The position numbers and the translations under genes are program-made. The notes beneath the pieces are model-generated. The model was not told the origin of the DNA and did not search any database. It saw only the letters and a program-made list of their open reading frames with translations. A DNA stretch of 64,000 nucleotides from an uncultured delta proteobacterium (GTDB lineage: Bacteria; Myxococcota_A; Polyangia; Fen-1088), in the NCBI GenBank assembly GCA_963737265.1, contig CAVTRY010000011.1, positions 736,001 to 800,000 on the forward strand, in the 5' to 3' direction. Below, one piece after another: positions 22,244-32,875 of this stretch. How positions within the stretch are numbered: position 1 is the stretch's first letter; every line of letters starts with the position of its first letter.

Positions 22244-22360
22244 CGAGGTCATCTCCACTTGGGCAAAAGGACGCCCATCGATACCACAAAAGAACCGCCA
22301 AATCTCGCTTCGCGAGAGTTGACGACACAACGACGCGCCAGAAAGAAAACAGAGAATGCT

Positions 22361-24556
22361 CTACTTCTTGCGCGCCTTGGCCTTCTTGGCCGGCTTGCCC
22401 TTGGACTTCGCGCGACCCACGCCCGAACGAATCCCGTCGGGATAGAGGAATGCCATGGTGGCATTGGCCAACGCGATATCCGACTGTGCCCAAAAGCGAT
22501 GATAGGTGAAGGTCGGGGCCGGCCCACCCCGCAGATGCGCCTCGACCTGGGGCCACCCTGGATCGGAGGTGTAGCGCGTGCGAATGCTGGCAAAAGTGGA
22601 ATTGGAATCCATGGCATCGCCATTCGGCATCTTTCCCTTCCAACCGGCAGGAATGAACACCTTGTCGCCGAAGCGCTTATAGTCCGTGCGCGTCTCGGGC
22701 GCCGAAAGGCCCTTGTCGTCGCGAAACTTCTTCCACATCCGATCGAGCAGTTCCTTGGCCAACTTGGCGGACGCAACATCGCCCGACTTGGCGGCATAAA
22801 AAAGCAGCGTGCGCGCCAGCGCCCCGCCCACGCCCAAGTCCTGTCCCCAGCTCTTCACCTTCACGTGCAAGGTCTTGTTGAATGCGGCGTCCTTGCCATT
22901 CCAGTTTTGGGTCTTTTCGTCCCAGTTGAGCTGCGGCTGGCCGATCCAGGTGAGATCCGACGGAATCTCGAAGGTTCCGTTCTTGCTCAGGCGAGTGTTG
23001 GCCAGGACCCATTTCACCCAACGGTCGAGAATGACCTTAGCGTGCGCGTTGCCGGTGACGTAGTAGAGCTGCGCCACGCGATCCATGCTCCAGGCCTGAA
23101 AGCCAAACCATTGATTGCTGGGTGGATCGACGTACACCGGCGCTTCGACGTACGCCAGCTTGTAGAAGGTCGTGACGTTGGCGGGGAACTTGTCGTAGCG
23201 ACCACGCCAACTATTGGTCGCGCCGCCGGCGATCCCGCCTTCGGCCGATTGCAGCCAGCGATACATTTCGACCTGCCGTTCGAGGCTCTTGGCCCAATCA
23301 CCCGCGCCGTTCTTCGATAGCGGCTTGAATGCCTTGTCCTGCGACAGTACCCAGGCCGCGAACGGATTTTGGTAACCGCTGTGGGCCGTGCTGGAGCCGA
23401 TGCGCCAAGACCAGCCGGCGGCCTTGGTGGTCGAGCCGCCCCAGGCGTAGTACCACGACAGAAGGAAGTGAGCGGCGTCGTAACCATCGCCCGCCGGACA
23501 TTGTGGCGACTGGCAGCCCGGCACTTTGAAGTACTTGTCGAAGAGCGCGTAGCGGAGATAGTCGCCGAGACGCGACGTCTTCTTCACCAGCGGGTCGACC
23601 GCGGAGCTTGCGCCCTGCTCGTCCGCCCACAGCTTGGCCCAGTACATCGCCTGCACCGCTCGCGCGTCGGCATCGGGCGCCGTGGTGTACTTCCACTGCC
23701 GCGCATAGCCCCCGTCCTGCTTCACGAACAGGTCGAGATATCCGTTGTTGCCGCCGAATTGGAAGTCGTCCCAACACGGTTGCGGAATGGCTTCCCAAAC
23801 CGATTCCTCTTCGCCGCGCTGGAAGGTGTTGATGTACGTCGGCTTGGACACGTGGTCGCCGCGCCGCCCGAAGCCGTACCAGTTGTCGACGTCGATGATC
23901 CAGTGCATGCCGTAGATAAAGGGCGTGCGGTAGGTATCCTGGAGCTCCTTGGAAATCGGATCATGCCCGGTGGAGGCGCTGGCATCGAGCGGCACGGGAT
24001 ACCCGCTCGGCTGATCCTGCTCGCCCGCGAACACGGCGGGATGGGTTTCGTTGTACGAGCCCGCCGTGGGCTGGTCTTCAGGCGTCGGGATGACGTAAGC
24101 CTCTGTGCTTTCCCACGCCTTGGTTAGCGGCTTCCAGTCCTTGGTGATTTTTCCATAGGCCGCCTCCAGCCACATCCAGTAGCTATACGCCTCCGACGTG
24201 GTCTCGTGACCGTAGTCCGGGGCCTCGACCATCAGGGTTTCGACCGAGTGATAGGGCACGCCCTCGGGGCTGAAGTACCCGTTCTTGGGTGCGTGCATGT
24301 CGTTCCAAAGTGCGATGAAGCGATCCGAGTACTCGTTGCCGGTCTTGCCGGAAAAGGCGTAAGGGCCGAGCGGCGCAGGCTTGGGAAAGTCCGCCACCTC
24401 GACCGGTCCGAGGGGCGTTCGCGCCGCGGAAGCGCCGGCCGCGGTCGGCACTCGCTTGCGAGCCGCCTTGGGCGCGGACTTCTGATCTTCGACGGTCGGT
24501 AGGCAGGAGGCGCCGAATAAAGCCAGTGCAGCGACGAAAACGCCGCCTACTCGCAT
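22361..24556 (-). CDS. Glycoside hydrolase family 48 cellulase, putative lipoprotein
   Basis: VPYHSVETLMVEAPDYGHETTSEA, YGMHWIIDVDNWYGFG, INTFQRG, DADARAVQA and YHRFWAQ motifs; FGASC lipobox-like motif; no CBM or dockerin seen. Confidence 0.95.
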   Translation of the reverse strand: MRVGGVFVAALALFGASCLPTVEDQKSAPKAARKRVPTAAGASAARTPLGPVEVADFPKPAPLGPYAFSGKTGNEYSDRFIALWNDMHAPKNGYFSPEGVPYHSVETLMVEAPDYGHETTSEAYSYWMWLEAAYGKITKDWKPLTKAWESTEAYVIPTPEDQPTAGSYNETHPAVFAGEQDQPSGYPVPLDASASTGHDPISKELQDTYRTPFIYGMHWIIDVDNWYGFGRRGDHVSKPTYINTFQRGEEESVWEAIPQPCWDDFQFGGNNGYLDLFVKQDGGYARQWKYTTAPDADARAVQAMYWAKLWADEQGASSAVDPLVKKTSRLGDYLRYALFDKYFKVPGCQSPQCPAGDGYDAAHFLLSWYYAWGGSTTKAAGWSWRIGSSTAHSGYQNPFAAWVLSQDKAFKPLSKNGAGDWAKSLERQVEMYRWLQSAEGGIAGGATNSWRGRYDKFPANVTTFYKLAYVEAPVYVDPPSNQWFGFQAWSMDRVAQLYYVTGNAHAKVILDRWVKWVLANTRLSKNGTFEIPSDLTWIGQPQLNWDEKTQNWNGKDAAFNKTLHVKVKSWGQDLGVGGALARTLLFYAAKSGDVASAKLAKELLDRMWKKFRDDKGLSAPETRTDYKRFGDKVFIPAGWKGKMPNGDAMDSNSTFASIRTRYTSDPGWPQVEAHLRGGPAPTFTYHRFWAQSDIALANATMAFLYPDGIRSGVGRAKSKGKPAKKAKARKK

Positions 24557-25287
24557 CCCACGAACTCCACGTCGTCGACCCAGATGTCGAAGTCAGCCCC
24601 GGGCTGATTGACCTGCCACTGCAGTCCGAACAGCTTGCTCTTGTCGATGAAGTGCGGCTTGGGCGATCCCCAGTCGGGCAGCTGGCGCAACTTCCTGAAC
24701 GGAAACACGAAGTGCTGCCAGGACTCGGTCAGGGTGATATCCGCGCCAAAGTCGTTGAAGCATTCCGTGCAAATACCGCCGTCGCCGTCGGTCTTAATAT
24801 CTGGCACCTTGAAGCGAACCTTGCCGTAGCTGCCCGGGCCCTTCTTGGCCCAAAACGCGATACCCATGTATTGGGACGCGTCGTAGGGATTCTTGGGATC
24901 CACCAGGTTTAGGCCCAAGGCGCCGAACACAATGTGGCCATGGCCGACGTGGCCACGCGCATTGGCGGCGTACTTCGATCCGTTCACACCGCCAGGCGAC
25001 ATGGTGAACGTACCGCCCTTGGCGCCCGCCTCGGGCGTGACCGTGGTGCCAACCTCGTCGGCGAAGGTATACCAGTAGCCGCCGCGGCCGCCCACGACCT
25101 TGCCCTGGTTGTTGTTGTCCTCGCAATCGTCGATTAGGCCCTCGGCACCGCACGAGGCGACGGCTTCGCCGGCGTTGCCGACGGCCGGAGTTTGTCCGGG
25201 CATGATGCACGCCGGGAGGGCGACGAGCGCGACCGGAAGGATGGCGAGGAGTGGCACGCCCCACCCCACTTTGACTGCGGTTAACAT
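24547..25287 (-). CDS. Putative lipoprotein with carbohydrate-binding (CBM11/CIA30-like jelly-roll) domain
   Basis: LPAC lipobox; LIDDCED, GGYWYTF, YDASQYMGIAFWAK and FDIWVDDVEF motifs; stop overlaps the GH48 start by 10 nt. Confidence 0.72.
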   Translation of the reverse strand: MLTAVKVGWGVPLLAILPVALVALPACIMPGQTPAVGNAGEAVASCGAEGLIDDCEDNNNQGKVVGGRGGYWYTFADEVGTTVTPEAGAKGGTFTMSPGGVNGSKYAANARGHVGHGHIVFGALGLNLVDPKNPYDASQYMGIAFWAKKGPGSYGKVRFKVPDIKTDGDGGICTECFNDFGADITLTESWQHFVFPFRKLRQLPDWGSPKPHFIDKSKLFGLQWQVNQPGADFDIWVDDVEFVGCE

Positions 25288-25350
25288 TGTATGATTGTCC
25301 ACGGCAGCCCAACACGTAGCACCGAGGGGGTGAGAATGTCTACCCCTCCA

Positions 25351-25371
25351 TTCCGGGTTGCAATCGTGCGC
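25351..25371 (-). promoter_or_regulatory. Candidate motif shared with the GH9 operon upstream region
   Basis: Minus strand GCGCACgATtgcaACCCGGAA vs GCGCACtATccagACCCGGAA at 58071-58091 (16/21 identical). Confidence 0.35.
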
Positions 25372-25402
25372 CGGAAGCGCAACTCTTTGCTGCGGTTTCA
25401 AG

Positions 25403-28400
25403 ATGTCCATGCTCGTACTTCGTGGCGCCCCAGCTTTCACCCCGGCCCGCTTCGCCAAAATCCTCGTGAAGATCCAGGCGGCCAATCCCGCCGTGCGTGA
25501 GGTTGGCGCTGAATTCGTGCATTTCGCCGATCCGGCCGAGCCTCTCGGCGACAGCGAGTTGCACGTTCTCGATCGCCTGCTGCACTACGGTCCGCGAGCC
25601 GAATCGCGCGCGCTGAGCGGCCAGCGCCTGCTGGTGGTGCCGCGCATCGGCACGATCTCTCCTTGGTCGTCCAAGGCCACCGAAGTGGCGCACAACTGCG
25701 GCCTCGCCAAGGTCAACCGTATCGAACGCGGCATCTGGTTCGCGGTGACGGGCGATACGCCGAATGGCCCCGGCTTGCGGGCTGCCATCCACGACCGCAT
25801 GACCGAAACGGTTCTCGAACGAGTTGAGGATGCCGCTCGTTTGTTTCGACGGGCAGATCCCGAGCCGCTATCTACGGTGGATGTTCTCGGCCTTGGCCGC
25901 GCGGCGATTGAAGCCGCCAACACCGCCATGGGCTTGGCCCTGGCGTCGGACGAAATCGACTACCTGGTCGAGAACTTCCGCGCCCTCGGCAGGAATCCGA
26001 CGGACGTCGAGCTGATGATGTTCGCGCAGGCCAACAGCGAGCACTGCCGGCACAAGATTTTCAACGCCGACTTCATCGTCGATGGAAAGCCACAGGCCAA
26101 GTCCCTGTTCAAGATGATCCGCCGCAGCACCGAGGCCAGTCCGGCCGGCGTCCTGTCCGCCTACAGCGACAACTCCGCCGTGATCGAAGGGCCAACCGCC
26201 AGCTTGTTTTTCCCGGAACCAGCGACGGGCGTCTACGATTTCCATCGCGAGCCGGTGGGCATCTTGATGAAGGTCGAGACCCACAATCACCCCACCGCCA
26301 TCTCGCCGCACCCGGGCGCCTCGACGGGTTCGGGCGGCGAGATCCGCGACGAGGGCGCCACCGGCCGGGGGTCGAAGCCCAAGGCCGGCCTGACCGGGTT
26401 TTCGGTTTCCAACCTACGCCTCCCTGGCGCGATCCGGCCCTGGGAAAAGGACTTCGGCAAGCCCACGCGCATCGCCTCGGCCCTCGACATCATGCTGGAA
26501 GGCCCCATCGGCGGCGCGGCCTTCAACAACGAATTCGGCCGGCCCAACATCGCCGGCTACTTCCGCACCTTCGAAATGGAGGTTCCTGGAGCGAACGGCA
26601 ACGAAGTCCGCGGCTATCACAAGCCCATCATGATCGCCGGCGGCTTCGGCAACATTCGCTTGCCCCTGGTGAAGAAAGGCGAGGTAACCGTGGGCGCGGC
26701 CATCATCGTGCTCGGCGGCCCGGCCATGCTCATCGGCCTCGGCGGCGGCGCGGCCTCGTCGATGGCCTCGGGCGCGTCCGAGGAAGATCTCGGATTTCGC
26801 CTCGGTCCAGCGCGACAACGCCGAAATGCAACGGCGCGGACAGGAAGTCATCGACCGCTGCTCGGCCCTCGGCGAGGCCAGCCCCATCCTTTCGATCCAC
26901 GACGTCGGCGCGGGCGGGCTTTCCAACGCCTTGCCGGAGCTGGTCCACGACAGCCGCCGGGGCGCGCGCTTCGAGCTGCGCAAAATCCCCAACGACGAAC
27001 CGGGCATGTCCCCGCTCGCCATCTGGTGCAACGAAGCTCAAGAGCGCTACGTGCTGGCCGTCGCCGCCGACCGGGTCGACTATTTCTCACAACTGTGCCG
27101 GCGCGAGCGTTGCCCCTTCGCCGTCGTCGGCGTCGCCACCGCCGACGGCAATCTGGTGGTCACGGACTCGCATTTCGACAACCAGCCCATCGCCATGCCG
27201 CTGACGGTGCTGCTGGGAAAACCACCCAAGATGGTACGAGACGTGAAGCACGCGGCCGTCGCGCAAAGACCATTTTCCACTGCCGGAATCGATCTCCGCG
27301 AGGCCGTCACCCGCGTCCTGCGCCTACCCGCGGTCGCGGACAAGACCTTTCTCATCACTATCGGCGACCGCACTGTGACCGGGCTGATTTCGCGCGACCA
27401 GATGGTCGGCCCGTGGCAGGTGCCGGTGGCGGACGCCGCGGTTACCGCCACCAGCTACGACACCTTCACCGGCGAGGCCATGGCCATGGGCGAGCGCACG
27501 CCGGTCGCGCTGCTCGACGCCGCCGCCTCGGTGCGCCTGGCGGTGGCCGAGGCCTTGACCAACATCGCCAGTGCGCCGATTGGCGACCTTGGCCAGGTAA
27601 AGCTTTCGGCCAACTGGATGGCGCCCGCTGGTCATCCCGGCGAGGACGCGCGCCTCTACGACGCCGTCCGCACCGTGGGCGAAGAGCTTGCGCCCGCCTT
27701 GGGTATTGCCATTCCGGTCGGCAAGGACTCGATGTCCATGAGCACGGTGTGGCGCGAGAACGGAAAGGAAAAGCGCGTAACGGCGCCGCTCTCGCTCATC
27801 GTCAGCGCGTTCGCGCCCGCGACCGACATTCGCCGTGCGCTCACGCCCGAGCTACGCACCGATTCGGGGGAAACCGAGCTGCTGCTCGTCGATCTCGGCG
27901 CTGGCAAGCACCGCCTCGGCGGATCGGCGCTGGCGCAGGTCTTCGGCCAGCTCGGCGAGGTGCCGCCGGATCTCGACGATCCGGCGCGGCTGAAAGCGTT
28001 TTTCGCGGCGGTTCAGGAATTGGCGGCCGACGGAAGGATCTTGGCCTACCACGACCGCTCCGACGGCGGCTTGTTCGTTACCCTGGTCGAGATGGCGTTT
28101 ACCGGATGTAGCGGCCTCGCCATCGACCTGACACGACTGCCTGGCCATGAGGATCCCATAGAGCTGCTCTTTGCCGAGGAGCTTGGCGCGGTCCTTCAGG
28201 TGCGAGCAGCCGAAGCGGAGCAAGCACGCGCCTGTTTCACGCGCCACGGCCTCGGCCAATTCGTGCACGACTGCGGCCGGCTGTCGGCGAAAAACGAGGT
28301 CGCGATCCACAACCGCGGCCAGCTGCTCTTTGCCGAAAAGCGCACCGTTCTGCGCAGCATCTGGTCCGAAACCACCCTCGCCATGCAGACCCTGCGCGAC

Positions 28401-29297
28401 GATCCGGCGTGTGCCGCCGAGGAGCACGAGAGCCGCTGCGACGAAAGCGATCCCGGCCTGGCGATGCGGCCGAGCTTCGATGCCCAAGCCGACGTGGCCG
28501 CGCCCTTCATTGCACGCGGTGCTCGCCCGCGCGTGGCGATTCTGCGCGAACAGGGCGTGAACGGACAGGTGGAAATGGCCGCGGCCTTCCACCGCGCAGG
28601 CTTCGAGTCCGTCGACGTACACATGAGCGACATCCTGGCCGGCCGCATCGACCTGGCTGGATTCCGCGGCGTCGCAGCCTGCGGCGGATTTTCCTACGGC
28701 GATGTCTTGGGCGCCGGCGAAGGCTGGGCTAAGTCGATTTTGTACAGCCCACGCGCGCGGGTCGAATTCGAGCGCTTCTTCGCACGCACGGACACTTTCA
28801 CCTTGGGCGTGTGCAACGGCTGCCAGATGGTTTCCAACTTGAAGGAAATCATTCCCGGCGCCGACACATGGCCGCGGTTCGTGCGCAATCGCAGCGAGCA
28901 ATTCGAGGCCCGACTGGCGCTGGTCAGCATCGAGCAGAGCCCGTCGGTGTTGCTGGCCGGGATGGCCGGGTCGCTGCTGCCCATCGCGGTCGCCCACGGC
29001 GAAGGCCGCGCCGAATTCGAATCGGCCGCCAGCCAAGCCGACTTGGAGCGATCAGGGCTAGTCGCCGCTCGCTTCGTCGACCACCACGGCCATCCGACCG
29101 AACACTATCCCGAAAACCCCAATGGTTCGCCTCGCGGAGTGACCGCCATCACAACGCCCGACGGCCGCGCCACCATTATCATGCCCCACCCCGAGCGCGG
29201 GTTTCGCACTATGCAGCTTTCGTGGCACCCCGACCACAGCGGCGATGACTCGCCCTGGATGCGATTGTTTCGCAACGCACGGGCGTTCGTGGGCTAG
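25403..29297 (+). CDS. purL: Phosphoribosylformylglycinamidine synthase, large single-chain type; one +1 frameshift at about 26792
   Basis: [43 protein letters not shown] and MPHPER motifs; deleting one G in CTC(G)GAT restores [19 protein letters not shown]. Confidence 0.95.
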
Positions 29298-29306
29298 ATT
29301 AACGCC

Positions 29307-30818
29307 ATGACATACGACGCCCTTGCCGAACATCACCGGCGCCTTTCGCAGCTGCGCCACGTTGAGGCAATCGCCTCGTGGGACGAGTCCACCATGATGC
29401 CAGCCGGCGGCGGTCCGGCGCGCGCCGAAGCGCTCTCCGCCCTGCGCGGTTTGATTCACCAGCAGGCGACGCGCCCGGGGCTCGGCGATCTGTTTGCGGC
29501 GGTCGCAGCCGAGGAAGGAAACCTGTCGCCTTGGCAGCGAGCCAACCTGCGCGAGATGAAGAGGGACTGGGTGCGGGCGAATGCGCTTCCGCAAAGCTTG
29601 GTCGAGGCGATGTCGCATGCCGAGTCGCTGAGCGAGCAGGCGTGGCGAAAGCTGCGGCCGGACAACAACTTCGCTGGTTTCCTGCCGCTTTTTCGCGAGG
29701 TGGTCCGGCTCAAACGAGAGGCCGCGCAAGCCTGGGCCGAGAAACTTTCGCTGAGTCCCTACGACGCTCTCATCGACGGGTTCGAGCCCGGCTCCCGCGC
29801 CGATCTGATTGCGCCGCTATTTGTGCGGCTGCGCGCCTTTCTGCCCGGACTTATCGCGAAGGCCTTGGAGCGCCAGGCCAGCGAGCCGGTCGCGGGCTGC
29901 GAAGGTCCGTTCGCCGTCGAGAGCCAGCGCTGGTTGGGGCTTGAGCTCATGCGCCGTCTTGGTTTCGACTTCAACCGCGGACGCCTGGACACCAGTCACC
30001 ATCCCTTCTGCGGCGGCGTGCCGACCGATGTCCGCATCACCACGCGCTATTCAACCGGCGATTTCGGCAAGTCTATGATGAGCGTACTACACGAGTCAGG
30101 CCACGCGAAGTACGAGCAAAATCTGCCCCAGCAGTGGCTCAGTCAGCCCGTCGGTGTGGCGCGCGGCACGAGCATTCACGAAAGCCAAAGTCTGCTGACC
30201 GAAATGCAGGTCTGCCGCAGCCGCGCCTTCGTGGAATTTGCGGCGCCCTTCATCGCACAGGCGTTTCCCGATGCTGCCACGCGGGCACCCCAGGCGTTCA
30301 GTCCCGAGAATCTGTTTCGCCGTCTAGCCCGCGTGAAGCCGGGATTGATCCGCGTCGACGCGGACGAGGTGACCTACCCGTGCCACGTCGTCCTGCGCTT
30401 CGAATTGGAAAAGAGCCTTATCGACGGCTCGTTGCAACCGCAGGATGTACCCGAGGCCTGGGACGCGGGTATGCGCGAGATCCTAGGTTTGTCGACGCGC
30501 GGGAACGATCGCGATGGTTGCATGCAAGACGTTCACTGGCCGGCCGGACTGTTTGGCTATTTCCCGGCCTACACACTCGGCGCCCTGACCGCGGCCCAGC
30601 TATTCCGCGCCGCCCGCCGCGCCCTGCCCGACCTGGCAGAACGGATCCGCCGCGGCGATTTCAGCGCGCTCAACGCTTGGCTGCGCGAAAATGTCTGGAG
30701 CCAAGGGTCTTTTCATAGCTCCGCGGAGCTCATCGAACGCGCGACCGGAAGCGCACTCACGACCGAGGCGTTCGAACGGCACCTCGAATACCGCTACCTT
30801 GAGCGCGAATCGAGTTAG
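29307..30818 (+). CDS. Carboxypeptidase, peptidase family M32 (Taq-like)
   Basis: HPFC, DVRITTRY, HESGHA, HESQS, IRVDADE, QDVHW and GYFPAY motifs. Confidence 0.95.
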   Translation: MTYDALAEHHRRLSQLRHVEAIASWDESTMMPAGGGPARAEALSALRGLIHQQATRPGLGDLFAAVAAEEGNLSPWQRANLREMKRDWVRANALPQSLVEAMSHAESLSEQAWRKLRPDNNFAGFLPLFREVVRLKREAAQAWAEKLSLSPYDALIDGFEPGSRADLIAPLFVRLRAFLPGLIAKALERQASEPVAGCEGPFAVESQRWLGLELMRRLGFDFNRGRLDTSHHPFCGGVPTDVRITTRYSTGDFGKSMMSVLHESGHAKYEQNLPQQWLSQPVGVARGTSIHESQSLLTEMQVCRSRAFVEFAAPFIAQAFPDAATRAPQAFSPENLFRRLARVKPGLIRVDADEVTYPCHVVLRFELEKSLIDGSLQPQDVPEAWDAGMREILGLSTRGNDRDGCMQDVHWPAGLFGYFPAYTLGALTAAQLFRAARRALPDLAERIRRGDFSALNAWLRENVWSQGSFHSSAELIERATGSALTTEAFERHLEYRYLERESS

Positions 30819-30827
30819 GTTTTCCGC

Positions 30828-31385
30828 ATGTTGGCCACAATCATCTGCACCCTCCTCGTGGCGGGCGAACCCGCTGCAAAGTTGCCTCCCGCGGTCGGCA
30901 AAGAAATGACCGCCGCGCTGCTGGCGGTGAACAAAGTCCTCGGCCTCGAGAGTTGGGTCACCCAGGGAGGCGAGAAGCCCTGCGTGGATCGCGGTGGTCT
31001 GGAAGCGACCATTCGCGACGTCAGCGCCGAGGAAACCAGGCAGTGTGCCGCCACCGGCATCGCTGATGGCTTCCCCGGCCTCGGCAAGGACTACGTACTT
31101 GGCATCGCCATGGCGGATATCGGTCCGGTCACGGTCTTCGCCATCGGCAAAGGCGCCGCCGAAGGTTGGGGCGCCTATTCCTGCGACCCCACCCGCAAGT
31201 GCAATCCCACCAAGTTGACTGCCACCTCCAAACAGGCCAAGCGGCTCGCCGACCGCTACCGCCGCGCGTGCGCCGATGCGAAGACCGTTTGGTTTCCAGG
31301 GCGCGGGGAGATCTGCGCCGACATTCCCACCGCTACGACTCCGAGTTCGGCGCCGAATCCGAAACCCGCTCCGGCCCAACCCTGA
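30828..31385 (+). CDS. Hypothetical secreted Cys-containing protein
   Basis: Short hydrophobic N-terminus, several Cys, Pro-rich tail, coding-like third-position bias; starts 9 nt after the M32 stop. Confidence 0.6.
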   Translation: MLATIICTLLVAGEPAAKLPPAVGKEMTAALLAVNKVLGLESWVTQGGEKPCVDRGGLEATIRDVSAEETRQCAATGIADGFPGLGKDYVLGIAMADIGPVTVFAIGKGAAEGWGAYSCDPTRKCNPTKLTATSKQAKRLADRYRRACADAKTVWFPGRGEICADIPTATTPSSAPNPKPAPAQP

Positions 31386-31629
31386 TTCAGCATCCGCATC
31401 ACCGGTTTTCCGACCGGCGCGCCCGCGCGGCCCAAAGCGCCGGTTTCCACGCCGTAACATCGTGCAAGACCGGGCAAATTTGCAGTAGTCATCCTCGGCC
31501 CGCGCGACTATTGTCTGCGCCCGAACGGTTCGGAACGCGGGAGTGCCGGCGGGCCTTGCCCGACGGAGCTCGACGCGGGAGTTCCAAAGAACCCTCCGGG
31601 GGTTCTTTTCAAAAACGGAGAAAGTACCC

Positions 31630-32850
31630 ATGGCCAAGCTAACTGGAAAAGCTCTTGTCGCGCAGGGCGGTGGCCCGACCGCGGTCATCAACCAAAGCGT
31701 CGTAGGCGTTGTCCTCGAAGCGCGCAGGTTCCCGCAGATCACACACGTTTACGGCGCCCGCCACGGCGTGAGCGGCGTGCTCAAGGAAGACTTCATCGAT
31801 CTATCCGAGGCCACCCAGCAGAACCTCGAAGACGTGGCCATCACGCCCGCTTCCGGTCTCGGCTCGACCCGCGACAAGCCCGACGTCGAGTACTGCGGCA
31901 AGATGTTCAAGGTCATGCAGGCGCACGACATCCGCTACTTCTTCTACGTCGGCGGCAACGATTCCTCGGACACCTGCCGCATCGTCAACGAGCAGGCCAA
32001 GGCCACCGGCTACGACCTCGTGTGCGTGCACGTGCCCAAGACCATCGACAACGACCTGGCCGGCGGCACCGATCACTGCCCGGGCTTCGGCTCGGCGGCC
32101 AAGTTCGTGGGCCAGGCCTTCGCCGGCGCCAACATGGACAACCGCGCCCTGCCCGGCGTGTACATCGCGGTAGTCATGGGACGCCACGCCGGCTTCCTCA
32201 CGGCCGCTTCGGCGCTCGGCCGCAAGTTCGACGACGACGGCCCGCACCTCATCTACGTGCCCGAGCGCGTGTTCGACGCCGACAAATTTGTCGCCGACGT
32301 ACAGAAGGTCTACGACATGCACGGCCGCTGCATCATTGCCGTCTCCGAAGGCGTCAGCGACAAGTCGGGCGCCCCCATCATCACCTCGCTCAAGGGCTCG
32401 GAAAAAGACTCGCACGGCAACGTGCAGCTTTCGGGCACCGGCGCGCTCGGTGACTTGCTCGCCGACCTCATCAAGGCCAAGACCAAGATCAAGCGCGTGC
32501 GCGCCGATACCTTGGGCTACTTGCAGCGCTCGTTCCTCGGCTGCATCAGCAAAAGCGACGCCGCAGAAGCGCGCGCGGTCGGCCAACGGGCGGTGCAGTT
32601 TGCCGCCATCCACGGCACGGCCGGTTCGGTGGCTATCAAGAGAACGGGCGATTATGCCGTTACCTATGATTTGATCCCGCTCGCAGCCGTAGCTGCCAAG
32701 ACCCGCCACATGGACGAAGCCTTCATCAACGCCGAGGGCAACAATGTCACCGAGGCCTTCCTCAAGTACTGCCGCCCGCTCGCGGGCGAAATGCCGACCC
32801 AGGACCGCTTCCAGGCCCCGCAGGTCGCGAAGATCCTGAACACGAAGTAA
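31630..32850 (+). CDS. pfp: 6-phosphofructokinase with PPi-dependent signature
   Basis: QGGGPTAVIN, GGNDS (Asp at the donor-specificity position), PKTIDND and MGRHAG motifs; strong codon bias. Confidence 0.88.
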   Translation: MAKLTGKALVAQGGGPTAVINQSVVGVVLEARRFPQITHVYGARHGVSGVLKEDFIDLSEATQQNLEDVAITPASGLGSTRDKPDVEYCGKMFKVMQAHDIRYFFYVGGNDSSDTCRIVNEQAKATGYDLVCVHVPKTIDNDLAGGTDHCPGFGSAAKFVGQAFAGANMDNRALPGVYIAVVMGRHAGFLTAASALGRKFDDDGPHLIYVPERVFDADKFVADVQKVYDMHGRCIIAVSEGVSDKSGAPIITSLKGSEKDSHGNVQLSGTGALGDLLADLIKAKTKIKRVRADTLGYLQRSFLGCISKSDAAEARAVGQRAVQFAAIHGTAGSVAIKRTGDYAVTYDLIPLAAVAAKTRHMDEAFINAEGNNVTEAFLKYCRPLAGEMPTQDRFQAPQVAKILNTK

Positions 32851-32875
32851 CCACTGGACCAAGGAGCGAAACGCT

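Noticed and set aside
26780-26830. Programmed frameshift or natural split of purL
   Set aside because: No slippery sequence; deleting one G restores the conserved DLDFASVQR; other +1 insertions nearby point to error
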